DNA from: a virus
IMG/VR virus record: IMGVR_UViG_3300020731_000012
Location: 1 to 64,000 of that record
Length of the DNA stretch: 64,000 nucleotides
Direction: 5' to 3' (one strand)
Positions 37,281-46,701 of the stretch are shown here, piece by piece (position 1 is the first letter of the stretch; each line of letters starts with the position of its first letter). The position numbers and the translations under genes were made by a program. The notes under the pieces are model-generated. The model searched no databases, was not told the origin of the DNA, and was given only the letters and a program-made list of their open reading frames with translations.

Positions 37281-38962
37281 TTAACACAAAACCAAGAAAG
37301 ATTTTCAGCATACCATTAAATCCAAAACTAAATCAACAAGAGTTCACTCACTTTTATGCATGGTTGCAGATTTATAAAGATTGGATTGCTGACATTTATT
37401 TTACTAGCCGCATAGCACCTTTTAAACAAGATGCTATGGGAGATGTTTTTTTAATTGAAGACAATCACTATTCACTAATTGATACTGCTCTTAACATTCA
37501 AAAACATCTAGGTATCCCCGTTAGTGCAACCTTTAATAACATACAAGTTGCACCTACGCAGGCAAACTTAGATACATTTATTGTTAATTTTAAAAAGTTA
37601 TATGATGCTGGTATTAAGATTGCTACAATTCCACATACCCACTGGATGGCAACCGGACAAATCAAAGCGGCATTTCCTGAACTCTACGTTAAAAACACAA
37701 TTTTAAGAGAAGTTACACATGCCCAAGAAGTAGTCAATCTTGCACAAGCAGGATTTGACTACATTAATCTTGACCGTGATTTGATGCGCGATCGTGATCA
37801 ACTGTTAAAAATTAAACGTGCCAAAGAGTATATTAAAGAAACTATGGGCAAAGACATTACTATCAGCCTGCTAGCCAACGAAGGCTGTCTAGGTAATTGT
37901 TCAATGATGGAAGAACATTTCCATTATAACAATATTAGAAATGCCGAATCACCGCAGTATTTCAACGATCCAATTAGTCGTGTTAGCTGTCCCAAGTGGG
38001 AAGTAACTGATAGTTCAGTTCCTCTTAAAACTGCCAACCTAAGTCCGTGGCGAGCTGACTGGGATGAATATCTCGATGAATTAGGAATTGATGTGTTTAA
38101 AATGCACGGCCGTGAGGACAATCAACGCTTGTTAGATACGCTATCTTACATTGAAAAATATGTAGGAGGAGAAGAAATACTTGCTCCAGGATTTATGCAA
38201 TGGGCAGATGAAACAGGTATGACTGGCAAACCTATCGAACTATGGCGTGAAAAAATTAAAAATTGTAAATTTGACTGCTGGGACTGTCATTATTGCGATA
38301 AAGTATACGATCGTAAAAGCGACTTAGACTATAGTCCGTTAGTTAAACATGTAGCTGAGGCTATTCATCAATCAGGTATTCCTAAAATTTGGAATGATAT
38401 TCCGGGGCTAACTAGTCCACGTGTTAAGACACTGTTGAATCATCTAGCTTCTGGTGTTGGTAGTTATTTAGAAATAGGTAGTTACCTTGGAGCAACAGCC
38501 GCGGCAGTACTTGAAAATAATCCGCTGAACGCTACATTTATCGATACCTGGACTGAAAATGTACAAGATAAAAACAATAAACTAAAACTCCCGCCTAACA
38601 GCAGAGCTCAGTTTGAACAAAATATTACTCCGTATGTTGGTAATAGCAATGTTAGAATTATTGAATCAAACATGTTTGATGTTCAAACGGCAGACATGTA
38701 TGAAACAATACAGATGTTTTTCTATGACGGTCCTCATGATTATAAAACAACCTACGATGCAATCAGTTTATACTACAGTACACTGGCCCAAGAAGCAATT
38801 ATCGTCATTGACGATGCCAACTGGAAGGAAACTGTAGATGGCACTGTAGCGGCATTGTACGATGCAGGTGCTCGCATAACCTATAAAAAACTATTGTTAA
38901 ACAGCGAAGAAAATGGAAAAGAGTGGTGGAACGGATTATACGTACTGGTGATTAGAAAATGA
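37277..38962 (+). CDS. Peptidase-U32-family (Fe-S hydroxylase-like) domain fused to class I SAM methyltransferase
   Basis: N-terminal: YINLDRDL.RD, LLANEGCLGNC, VSCPKW, DVFKMHGRE, CKFDCWDCHYC. C-terminal: YLEIGSYLGATA, FFYDGPHDY, IVIDDANW (Methyltransf_24-like). Confidence 0.72.
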   Translation: MINTKPRKIFSIPLNPKLNQQEFTHFYAWLQIYKDWIADIYFTSRIAPFKQDAMGDVFLIEDNHYSLIDTALNIQKHLGIPVSATFNNIQVAPTQANLDTFIVNFKKLYDAGIKIATIPHTHWMATGQIKAAFPELYVKNTILREVTHAQEVVNLAQAGFDYINLDRDLMRDRDQLLKIKRAKEYIKETMGKDITISLLANEGCLGNCSMMEEHFHYNNIRNAESPQYFNDPISRVSCPKWEVTDSSVPLKTANLSPWRADWDEYLDELGIDVFKMHGREDNQRLLDTLSYIEKYVGGEEILAPGFMQWADETGMTGKPIELWREKIKNCKFDCWDCHYCDKVYDRKSDLDYSPLVKHVAEAIHQSGIPKIWNDIPGLTSPRVKTLLNHLASGVGSYLEIGSYLGATAAAVLENNPLNATFIDTWTENVQDKNNKLKLPPNSRAQFEQNITPYVGNSNVRIIESNMFDVQTADMYETIQMFFYDGPHDYKTTYDAISLYYSTLAQEAIIVIDDANWKETVDGTVAALYDAGARITYKKLLLNSEENGKEWWNGLYVLVIRK

Positions 38963-40473
38963 GCATAACAAAAGTTAAAAAAATTATTATATTCGGTGGT
39001 GGTACAAGCGGCTGGCTAACTGCCGCATACATCACTAGAAACTTAAAATTTCCTTGCGAAGTTACACTAATAGAAAGTACAGACATGGGCCCAATTGGTG
39101 TAGGTGAAGGAACGCAACCTGCCACCGCTAGATTCTTATTTGACTGCGGACTTGATCCTAAGTCATGGATGAAGCCAAGTCAAGCGGCTTTTAAATTAGG
39201 TGTGCATTTCAAAGGGTGGACACCTGAAAACTATTTTGTTGACAATGATTTTATTGAAAATACAGTTATTGCTCCGGACTTGTATACTACAGATTATTTT
39301 TTAGGACGTGACAAGAAAGAATTCTTTGATTGGCTGCCAGCTTATCAACTAGCTCTAGCTAATAAAAGTCCTAAACTTGCTGGTATGGACACTAACTACG
39401 CACAAACCGGTTATAGACAATTTGGCGCTGTGCATTTTAACGCCTATGAAATTATCAAAGCAATTAAAGACCTAATTATTGATCGTATCAACTATATTAA
39501 CACTAAAATTGAAGATGTTGAAACAAACGATGACGGGATTACTGCACTAGTAGACGGTGCTGGCAACAAGTATGTTGCCGATCTATATTTAGATTGCAGT
39601 GGCTTTGCATCAATATTGTTAGAAAAGAAACTGGGAATACCATTTACCAGCGTCACTGACATACTACCTTGTGATCGTGCAGTAGTCTTACAGACTCAAT
39701 ATACTGATCCAGAAGCTGAGTGTGTTCCATATACCAGTGCTACTGCTATGAACGCAGGTTGGATGTTTACTATTCCTATCTATACAAGACAAGGAAACGG
39801 TTATGTATACAGTAGTAAATTTATTAGCGATGAAGATGCTGAAAAAGAACTACGTGAGAAAGTAAATGAATTCTCAGCGCCGGCACGTATACTCAATATG
39901 AAGTGTGGAATACACAACCGGGTAGCTTATAAAAATGTCATGGGAGTTGGATTAGCGGCCGGATTCGTTGAGCCATTAGAAGCCACAGGCATTACATTTA
40001 CCACTAAAGCGGTTGAAATGATCACTGAAGGGTTGAATAGAACACATGGCGTTTGGAGCCAACCTCTTAAAAATGAAGTTAACGAAATTTACGATCTCAT
40101 GTTCTGGGAAATCGTAGCCTTTGTATGGGCTCACTATCACTTTAGCACTAAGAATGATACACCGTTTTGGAATAACATACATCAACAGATGCCTGATATG
40201 ATTCCTAAAAAGGTTTTAGACTTTGTAGAAAAGTTTGTACCAAGCCCTAATAGAGATTTCTTTATACATCCAACTAGTAGTTTCCATGTAGGACATTGGT
40301 TCAGTGTACTCAATGCAGGCGGAGTTTATGACGGCCATAAAAAGAAACTGTTTGGAGATGTAGAAAAGTATGCTGAATATTTTACCAACAGCCAAAGTCA
40401 ACGAGTTGCTCTAGTAAAAGAAATGTTCCCTAACCATTATGCATTTTTAAAAGACTGGTATAGTGTTGAGTAA
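38959..40473 (+). CDS. Flavin-dependent tryptophan-halogenase-like enzyme
   Basis: GGGTSGW, IGVGEGT, AFKLGVHF (catalytic Lys), DCSGF, GWMFTIP, GYVYSS, GFVEPLEATGI. Confidence 0.9.
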   Translation: MSITKVKKIIIFGGGTSGWLTAAYITRNLKFPCEVTLIESTDMGPIGVGEGTQPATARFLFDCGLDPKSWMKPSQAAFKLGVHFKGWTPENYFVDNDFIENTVIAPDLYTTDYFLGRDKKEFFDWLPAYQLALANKSPKLAGMDTNYAQTGYRQFGAVHFNAYEIIKAIKDLIIDRINYINTKIEDVETNDDGITALVDGAGNKYVADLYLDCSGFASILLEKKLGIPFTSVTDILPCDRAVVLQTQYTDPEAECVPYTSATAMNAGWMFTIPIYTRQGNGYVYSSKFISDEDAEKELREKVNEFSAPARILNMKCGIHNRVAYKNVMGVGLAAGFVEPLEATGITFTTKAVEMITEGLNRTHGVWSQPLKNEVNEIYDLMFWEIVAFVWAHYHFSTKNDTPFWNNIHQQMPDMIPKKVLDFVEKFVPSPNRDFFIHPTSSFHVGHWFSVLNAGGVYDGHKKKLFGDVEKYAEYFTNSQSQRVALVKEMFPNHYAFLKDWYSVE

Positions 40474-41051
40474 TGACTAGAGAACCACTGTTTAGATCCG
40501 ATATTTTTATACAATCAGATGTAGGCAGTCTTACAGATCGCCAAGCACTTTTAAATCAAATACATACACTAGCGCAATCTAGCCCAACAATGGAATTTAG
40601 CAATCCAGGTTGCTTTAGAATGGACTTTCCTTTAAAAAATATAGGTTGGCTTTCATATGAAATTAGTGTATTATTGCTTGAAGCTGTGATATTCTATAAC
40701 AAGGAGGATCCTGTCTTTAGAGCAATTGAAAAAACACCTAATCCAAATTTAGTAGCTTGGGTCAATATAAACTCGCCAGGTAGTAGGAATACTATGCATA
40801 CCCATAAAGAAGATGATTTTTCCGGAGTATACTATCTACAAGCTACTGATTGCGGAGATCTAAGATTTCCTAATCCTGCGAATCTACTAGGAGATTGCGG
40901 CAAGACTAGCCCGTTTATGCGAGACTTTAGTTTTGCGCCCAAGGATGGTGATTTAGTTATATGGCCAAGTTGGATGGCACACGAAGTGGAACCTAACTTG
41001 TCTAACCGAGACAGAATAAATTTAGCATTTAATATTAGGATTAGAGCATGA
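40473..41051 (+). CDS. 2OG-Fe(II) oxygenase-like (TIGR02466/Oxy_5 type)
   Basis: WVNIN...MHTH..FSGVYYL...GDLVIWPSWMAHEV...RINLAFN. Confidence 0.85.
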   Translation: MTREPLFRSDIFIQSDVGSLTDRQALLNQIHTLAQSSPTMEFSNPGCFRMDFPLKNIGWLSYEISVLLLEAVIFYNKEDPVFRAIEKTPNPNLVAWVNINSPGSRNTMHTHKEDDFSGVYYLQATDCGDLRFPNPANLLGDCGKTSPFMRDFSFAPKDGDLVIWPSWMAHEVEPNLSNRDRINLAFNIRIRA

Positions 41052-41791
41052 GAAAAATAACATTTTTTACAACAATACCGGGAATGGAAGAAGCCTATCC
41101 TATTATAGAAGCTAAGGATTATAAGCCTGACTGGGTAGAAGGTGCTAGGAAGATGTACCTTAGAAAACTAGAACAATCACAAGGAAAACAATTTGTTGAT
41201 GTGTACCGCTGTCCCGGTATTTTTGATCTAATGAGCACAGGCTATATCGTACCAATGCCATGGGACGTTATGATAGAAACTAACGGGGATATGGAAAATT
41301 TCAAATGGACTATTCCTAGCGAGTCTCTAGCAGAAAAGTATGGCGGGCATCTAGTGTCAGGACACATGGCCAATGAAATTGCCGCTCCCTTTCCGCCTCG
41401 TCCGGGATGCTTGCGTAGCATTATTAAATTTAACACTCCGTGGCATATTATTGCACCTCCAGGTGTAAAATTTATGGCGATTCCAATTCCCTATGGAGAT
41501 GATTTTGCGTTTGAACATAACATGGGTATACTAGATCCAAGTTTAAGTACAGAAATAAATCCGCAGGTGTGGTGGAAAGTGCTAAATGATCGATTTTTGC
41601 TTAAAGCTGGCACACCTATTCTACAGTTAATACCAATGACTGATGAAAAATTTAAAATGGAAGTTGTAGTCGGCGACCAGAAAGCTCACAGTTGGTTAAA
41701 GCGTAGAGAATATTTCTTTAGTCTAAGTTTTAATTTCAAACGTAATCTCATGAAAGCCATGTATCTTAAACATTGGTTTGGGATAAAATGA
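41048..41791 (+). CDS. Conserved hypothetical protein (CPG...GY..P; AGTP..Q.IP beta-fold)
   Basis: RCPGIFDLMSTGYIVP, KFNTPWHI..PPG, GILD, KAGTPILQLIP; lacks the oxygenase HxD/H triad; ATGA coupling. Confidence 0.65.
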   Translation: MRKITFFTTIPGMEEAYPIIEAKDYKPDWVEGARKMYLRKLEQSQGKQFVDVYRCPGIFDLMSTGYIVPMPWDVMIETNGDMENFKWTIPSESLAEKYGGHLVSGHMANEIAAPFPPRPGCLRSIIKFNTPWHIIAPPGVKFMAIPIPYGDDFAFEHNMGILDPSLSTEINPQVWWKVLNDRFLLKAGTPILQLIPMTDEKFKMEVVVGDQKAHSWLKRREYFFSLSFNFKRNLMKAMYLKHWFGIK

Positions 41792-43386
41792 TAAAGCCTG
41801 TAGATCGTATCACTGTAGTCGGAGGCGGTAGTGCTGGCTGGATGACTGCGGCTATTTTAATCAAGGCGTTTCCTAATAAACAAATTACAGTCATTGAAAG
41901 TCCTACAGTACCAATCGTAGGTGTCGGTGAAAGCACGATCGCACAGATTAACGATTATCTACAATTTTTAGAAATTGACGAACAAGAGTTTATGGCTTAT
42001 ACAGATGCTAGTTATAAACTCAGTATCAAGTTTACAGACTTTTACGAAAAAGATTCAGGAGGATTTCATTATCCCTTTGGTGAACCTGTACTAGACGATA
42101 CAGTAGATGGCATACAGGATTGGTATTATAAAAAAGCTCTTTATCCAGAGACTCCTGTACAAGATTTTGTACATAGTTACTATCCTACTGGGTATTTGCT
42201 AGATGCCAACAAGTTTAGCACTAACAGTCAAGGATTTTTTCACAAGTTTGATCCTAAATGGCATGCCGCCTACCATTTTGATGCTACAAAATTTGGTGCG
42301 TGGTTACGTGAACACTATTGTATCCCTAAAGGAGTGGTGCATATTTCTAACGAAGTAGTTGACATAGAATCTAATTCTGATGGAATTGAAGGTCTAGTAT
42401 TAGACGGCGGTGAATACATTACCGCAGATTTATTTGTAGATTGCACAGGCTGGAAAAGCATGTTACTTGCAGGTGCTATGCGAGAACCATTTGACAGTTA
42501 CGAAGACATGTTACCTAACAATCGTGCATGGGCTACTCGATTACCTTATCAAAATAAAGAATTAGAATTAGAACCTTATACAAATTGTACTGCTATAGAA
42601 CACGGCTGGGTTTGGAATATACCTCTATGGAGCCGTCTCGGTACTGGATATGTCTATAGCGACAAGTATGTTACACCAGAACAGGCATTGGAAGAATTTA
42701 AACAACATCTAATGAGCGATAAAGTTGCTTGTCCTAAAACAAGAGAACAAGTCGATGTATTAGAATATCGAGATATCTCTATGCGTGTAGGTATACACAA
42801 TCGCACATGGGTAAAGAATGTTGTAGCTATCGGTCTTAGTGCTGGGTTTATAGAACCTTTAGAAAGTAACGGATTATTCACAGTACATGAATTTCTATTT
42901 AAATTGATTAAAACACTAGATCGGCCAGCAGTCAAACAGTGGGATATCGATGTCTACAATGCCAGTTGCCTACAGATTTTTAGAAACTTTGCAGAATTTG
43001 TAGCATTGCACTATGCACTCAGCATACGCAACGATACAAACTATTGGATTGCTAACGGAGATAGAACCTATAGTCCAGGATTACCTAGCTTAAAACCTCA
43101 ACCCTTCCAAGGATTTTATGATCTACAGCATAGGAAAATGTTTTCAGGTATCGCTCCTGTAAGTGCAGGCATTACTAGAATTAGCATTGGTATGAACTAC
43201 ATGATTCTAGATCCTACAGCAATACAGTTAAAACAAAATAGAGATGGGGTTGACTATAAAAAGGTCTATGCTGAAACTTTTAAAATACTTGAAAAGAAAA
43301 AGACCTATTGGAAGGCAGCCACCGATATGGAGCCCACACTCTACGAGTATTTAAAAAATACGATTTACAAACATGAAGCAAGCTAG
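41788..43386 (+). CDS. Flavin-dependent tryptophan-halogenase-like enzyme
   Basis: ATG 41788 (ATGA overlap); GGGSAGW, VGVGEST, SYKLSIKF, DCTGW, GWVWNIPL, GYVYS, GFIEPLESNG. Confidence 0.92.
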   Translation: MIKPVDRITVVGGGSAGWMTAAILIKAFPNKQITVIESPTVPIVGVGESTIAQINDYLQFLEIDEQEFMAYTDASYKLSIKFTDFYEKDSGGFHYPFGEPVLDDTVDGIQDWYYKKALYPETPVQDFVHSYYPTGYLLDANKFSTNSQGFFHKFDPKWHAAYHFDATKFGAWLREHYCIPKGVVHISNEVVDIESNSDGIEGLVLDGGEYITADLFVDCTGWKSMLLAGAMREPFDSYEDMLPNNRAWATRLPYQNKELELEPYTNCTAIEHGWVWNIPLWSRLGTGYVYSDKYVTPEQALEEFKQHLMSDKVACPKTREQVDVLEYRDISMRVGIHNRTWVKNVVAIGLSAGFIEPLESNGLFTVHEFLFKLIKTLDRPAVKQWDIDVYNASCLQIFRNFAEFVALHYALSIRNDTNYWIANGDRTYSPGLPSLKPQPFQGFYDLQHRKMFSGIAPVSAGITRISIGMNYMILDPTAIQLKQNRDGVDYKKVYAETFKILEKKKTYWKAATDMEPTLYEYLKNTIYKHEAS

Positions 43387-43912
43387 ATTTGTTACACCCA
43401 CGTGGCATGGCCGCATTGAATTATCAGATCAAATCATTAAAATGTATAATGAGTGGGTTAAATTTGAACGAGAACTTGACCCCGATGGTGCTGTAGAATC
43501 TACCACACAAAATGGCTGGCAATATATTTTTAAATACGGTGAACCCGAACCTGATTGGCTAGGATTATTACATCCTGAAATTAATAAAATTAAGGAAGAA
43601 ATTAAATTTGCAAGATTAAAAAATATCTGGGCAGTCGAATATGATAACGGCGGATATCAAGATCCACATTTTCATAATGTAGGTATTGCAAAAGTTGTCA
43701 CTACAATTATAAATCTGCAGGGCACCGGCGAAATAATCCTGCAAGAACCTAGACAGTTGGCTATGGCGCAAGGGATCAATTTCGCAGAAACAATTACTTT
43801 AAAACCAGGCGAGTGGATGAGTATGCCTGCATATTTGATTCACAATTCAAAACCTTGTAAAGGTCAGCGTAGTATCTTAGTGATAGATAGTTATGTCAAC
43901 GATCCACTGTAA
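43373..43912 (+). CDS. 2OG-Fe(II) oxygenase-like (HxH type, divergent)
   Basis: WAVEY..GGYQDPHFH ... PAYLIH.S.P...R. Confidence 0.72.
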   Translation: MKQARFVTPTWHGRIELSDQIIKMYNEWVKFERELDPDGAVESTTQNGWQYIFKYGEPEPDWLGLLHPEINKIKEEIKFARLKNIWAVEYDNGGYQDPHFHNVGIAKVVTTIINLQGTGEIILQEPRQLAMAQGINFAETITLKPGEWMSMPAYLIHNSKPCKGQRSILVIDSYVNDPL

Positions 43913-44492
43913 ATTTTTTAATCCCATACCCATAGCTCGAATACAAGTTGAGCAGGATATACTAGTTAAGGCCGATCAACTTAGTAGAGACTTGTTTACA
44001 CGTAGTTCTACTGTAGAAGATTATCCTGTAAACGATTATCTTACTATCCGAGGCGGTGAGCAACGTAGAGTATGGCCATGTGTTGAAGATAGGAATTGGT
44101 TAGTTAATTGGATTGAACAACAGGCTAGAGAATATCAATTAAGTGCAGGCATAGATGCTGAAGACCTAGTGCCTAAAATAGCCAACTGCTGGACTATTAC
44201 TCAACCAGAAAACAGTTATCAAGTAGCTCACACTCATCCTTACGGATCGATTTCTGGTAATTTATATTTAGAAGTTCCTGCATTTAATGACAATAGCGCC
44301 GAAACCGACGGCTGTATAAGTTTTTTATTTGATGCTACTTCAAATCCCAAAGCTTCGAGATTTGTACATGTAACACCTAGTGTAGGAACAATGTTGATAT
44401 TTCCAAGTTGGATACCGCATTTAGTGTATCCTTGGCAAGGCACAGGACAGCGTAGAGTTATTGCTTGGGATTGTCAGCTTTTACCCCAGTAA
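43893..44492 (+). CDS. 2OG-Fe(II) oxygenase-like (TIGR02466/Oxy_5 type)
   Basis: W......YQVAHTH...ISGNLYL...GTMLIFPSWIPHLVYP...RRVIAW. Confidence 0.83.
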   Translation: MSTIHCKFFNPIPIARIQVEQDILVKADQLSRDLFTRSSTVEDYPVNDYLTIRGGEQRRVWPCVEDRNWLVNWIEQQAREYQLSAGIDAEDLVPKIANCWTITQPENSYQVAHTHPYGSISGNLYLEVPAFNDNSAETDGCISFLFDATSNPKASRFVHVTPSVGTMLIFPSWIPHLVYPWQGTGQRRVIAWDCQLLPQ

Positions 44493-45007
44493 AATTTATC
44501 ACTTTCAAGTGTTCCTATAGCAGGTCTTCGATCATATTTCCACTCTGCATAAGATCCGTTAGCATCTACCCAGTGTAAAAATACTTGTGTGCATCCTGTA
44601 CCTTTGTATTCTTCACGCCAGTGAGTAAGTTCTATTCCAGGATATAATACAGCATCGCCTATTCCAAGCAATACCGGATCACGGTCTTGAAAACACAAGG
44701 GCCAACTTTCTCCTCCCACACATAAGCTCATGCTGTATTCGCAGGCGTTACGGTCGGTGTGCAGAGGCATCGTAGCACCTGTATAATATATTCTCGAATA
44801 ACTATAAGTTGGATATAATTCTTTTTGAACTATATTACTAATCTGCGGAGTTAATTTTACAAGTAACTGTTCAGTTTCTAATAACGCATAGGCGCTGAAA
44901 CTTTTTGGTACTAATCGATCTCCAATAGGGCGTTCTCTAGCTCTAATGCTCTTGTCCAATTCTGCACAATCACTTGGACTAATAAGATTTTTTAAAATTT
45001 TCATCAC
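44474..45007 (-). CDS. 2OG-Fe(II) oxygenase
   Basis: YSYSRIY..G..MPLHTDR..CEYS.SL...GDAVLYPG....HWRE...QVFLHWV; start GTG 45007 or ATG 45004. Confidence 0.83.
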   Translation of the reverse strand: MMKILKNLISPSDCAELDKSIRARERPIGDRLVPKSFSAYALLETEQLLVKLTPQISNIVQKELYPTYSYSRIYYTGATMPLHTDRNACEYSMSLCVGGESWPLCFQDRDPVLLGIGDAVLYPGIELTHWREEYKGTGCTQVFLHWVDANGSYAEWKYDRRPAIGTLESDKFYWGKS

Positions 45008-45010
45008 CTG

Positions 45011-45028
45011 TATTTACTTCACTAAATA
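45011..45028. promoter_or_regulatory. Back-to-back divergent late promoters
   Basis: TATTTA (45011-45016, minus-strand TAAATA), 6 nt, then TAAATA (45023-45028); each sits just upstream of a start codon. Confidence 0.7.
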
Positions 45029-45032
45029 TTCC

Positions 45033-45608
45033 ATGATACAAAATGTCTTCTTTACGCCAATATTTGCTCATAATTTTTCGGGTATTGCTTTGAATAAAAT
45101 ACAAGATGAAATTGATAAAGTATTGCCAGATGTTCGTAGTAAAGAAAATGCAAGCCCATGGGGCGATGCAGTAACAACAACATTTAATTTTGAAAAAGTT
45201 AACGATGTAGAAACATACAAACTAGACATCTTTAAAGAGGCAGTGGGGTGGGCTATAAAAGAATACGCTAGAGAAATAAACTATCCAAATCCGATTTTTA
45301 AAATGAGCGAAAGTTGGTTTAACTTTTGTAAAAAAGGCGGCTTTCAGTATGACCACAGCCATCCTCGCAGTCGCATAAGCGGAGTATACTATTACCAGTC
45401 CAATGGTGACGACGGTAAAATACGTTTTCAAAATCCTAATCCTAATATTAATTTTAGTTATTTTCCAGCAGATGGTACTGATATAGATGCAGTAAGTTAT
45501 CGACCTGCTGTAGGTAGACTATTGTTATTCCCTAGTTGGTTATCTCACAGAGTTAATATAAACACAACTGATCATGAAAGAATCAGTATCGCATTTAATT
45601 TGGAGTAA
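45033..45608 (+). CDS. 2OG-Fe(II) oxygenase-like (TIGR02466/Oxy_5 type)
   Basis: ATG 45033, 4 nt after TAAATA; SWFN..KGGFQYDHSH..ISGVYY...GRLLLFPSWLSHRV..RISIAFN. Confidence 0.87.
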   Translation: MIQNVFFTPIFAHNFSGIALNKIQDEIDKVLPDVRSKENASPWGDAVTTTFNFEKVNDVETYKLDIFKEAVGWAIKEYAREINYPNPIFKMSESWFNFCKKGGFQYDHSHPRSRISGVYYYQSNGDDGKIRFQNPNPNINFSYFPADGTDIDAVSYRPAVGRLLLFPSWLSHRVNINTTDHERISIAFNLE

Positions 45609-45610
45609 TT

Positions 45611-46195
45611 ATGCCTGTTGAATATTGGTTTCCTACTCCTGTTTTTGTACGCGATCTCGAAGGAGACGAACTTCAAACTGTACAAGCTGAAATTGAGCAG
45701 GTACTTCCGCAGATTAGATCCAGATCTACACCTGCTATAACCGGAGGTGCAATGCTGACTACCTTCTTTTGGGGTAACGGTAATGCGCACGACATTGCCA
45801 AATATAATCTAATAAATTTAAAACAGGCAATACGTCGAGCTGTGGATGACTATACAGTTGCTATAAATTATAAAGGTCCGCCTTTTCAGTTCGGGGGATC
45901 TTGGTTTAATCTCAGCAGTCGAGGAGGAACACATTTTGATCATGTACATCCTTACACTAGAATAGCAGGAACTTACTATTATCAAACTAATGAAACCGAT
46001 GGTAATTTAAAATTACAGAATCCCAATCCATTGATGCACATGGGTGCGTTTCCAGCAGATGAAAGTCCGCAAGAAAGTTTAAAATTTCCTCCTAAAGCTG
46101 GAAGATTAATACTGTTTCCCTGCTGGTTAACTCACAGGGTAGAAATGAATGAAACTGATCATGAGCGCATTAGTATAGCGTTTAATATAAACTAA
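45611..46195 (+). CDS. 2OG-Fe(II) oxygenase-like (tandem paralogue of 45033..45608)
   Basis: SWFN...HFDHVH..IAGTYYY...QNPNP...GRLILFPCWLTHRV..TDHERISIAFN. Confidence 0.87.
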   Translation: MPVEYWFPTPVFVRDLEGDELQTVQAEIEQVLPQIRSRSTPAITGGAMLTTFFWGNGNAHDIAKYNLINLKQAIRRAVDDYTVAINYKGPPFQFGGSWFNLSSRGGTHFDHVHPYTRIAGTYYYQTNETDGNLKLQNPNPLMHMGAFPADESPQESLKFPPKAGRLILFPCWLTHRVEMNETDHERISIAFNIN

Positions 46196-46701
46196 TGATT
46201 AAATTTATAGAAGATATTACTCTGCTAGAATTAACTGCTAGAAAGTATATGTTGTCTGGCATAGACAACAGTAAACTGGCTAAAGAAGTGCTACAACATA
46301 TAGACGTTAGAGTAAGCCAAGATCCCAATAGCGGTCTTAGCGAAGACAGTCTGTTTGAAATACCAGAAGGCAGTGAAGGATTAAAACTAGTAAATCTAGT
46401 AAATGAAATAGCCGCTGAAAAAGGACTGGTCAATACTAGTCAATGGGGGCAAATACATCGTCCATTAGAAAGTACTAACACTCATCATCATGGAGATAGT
46501 CCATTTGCTTGGACTTACTATGTTCAAATACCCCCAGGTGCAGGCGCATTGACATTTTGGTTTTTAGATAGGTTTAGGCACTCAATCGCACCAGAAGAAG
46601 GATCACTCATAATCTTTCCAGGATGGATGAATCATTCGGTAAGTAAAAATAGAGGCACTGGCACACGAATCAGTGTTGCTGGAAATTTGGAGAAAAAATA
46701 G
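46195..46701 (+). CDS. 2OG-Fe(II) oxygenase-like (HxH type)
   Basis: WGQIH...STNTHHH...WTYYV...GSLIIFPGWMNHSV..N....RISVAGN. Confidence 0.82.
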   Translation: MIKFIEDITLLELTARKYMLSGIDNSKLAKEVLQHIDVRVSQDPNSGLSEDSLFEIPEGSEGLKLVNLVNEIAAEKGLVNTSQWGQIHRPLESTNTHHHGDSPFAWTYYVQIPPGAGALTFWFLDRFRHSIAPEEGSLIIFPGWMNHSVSKNRGTGTRISVAGNLEKK

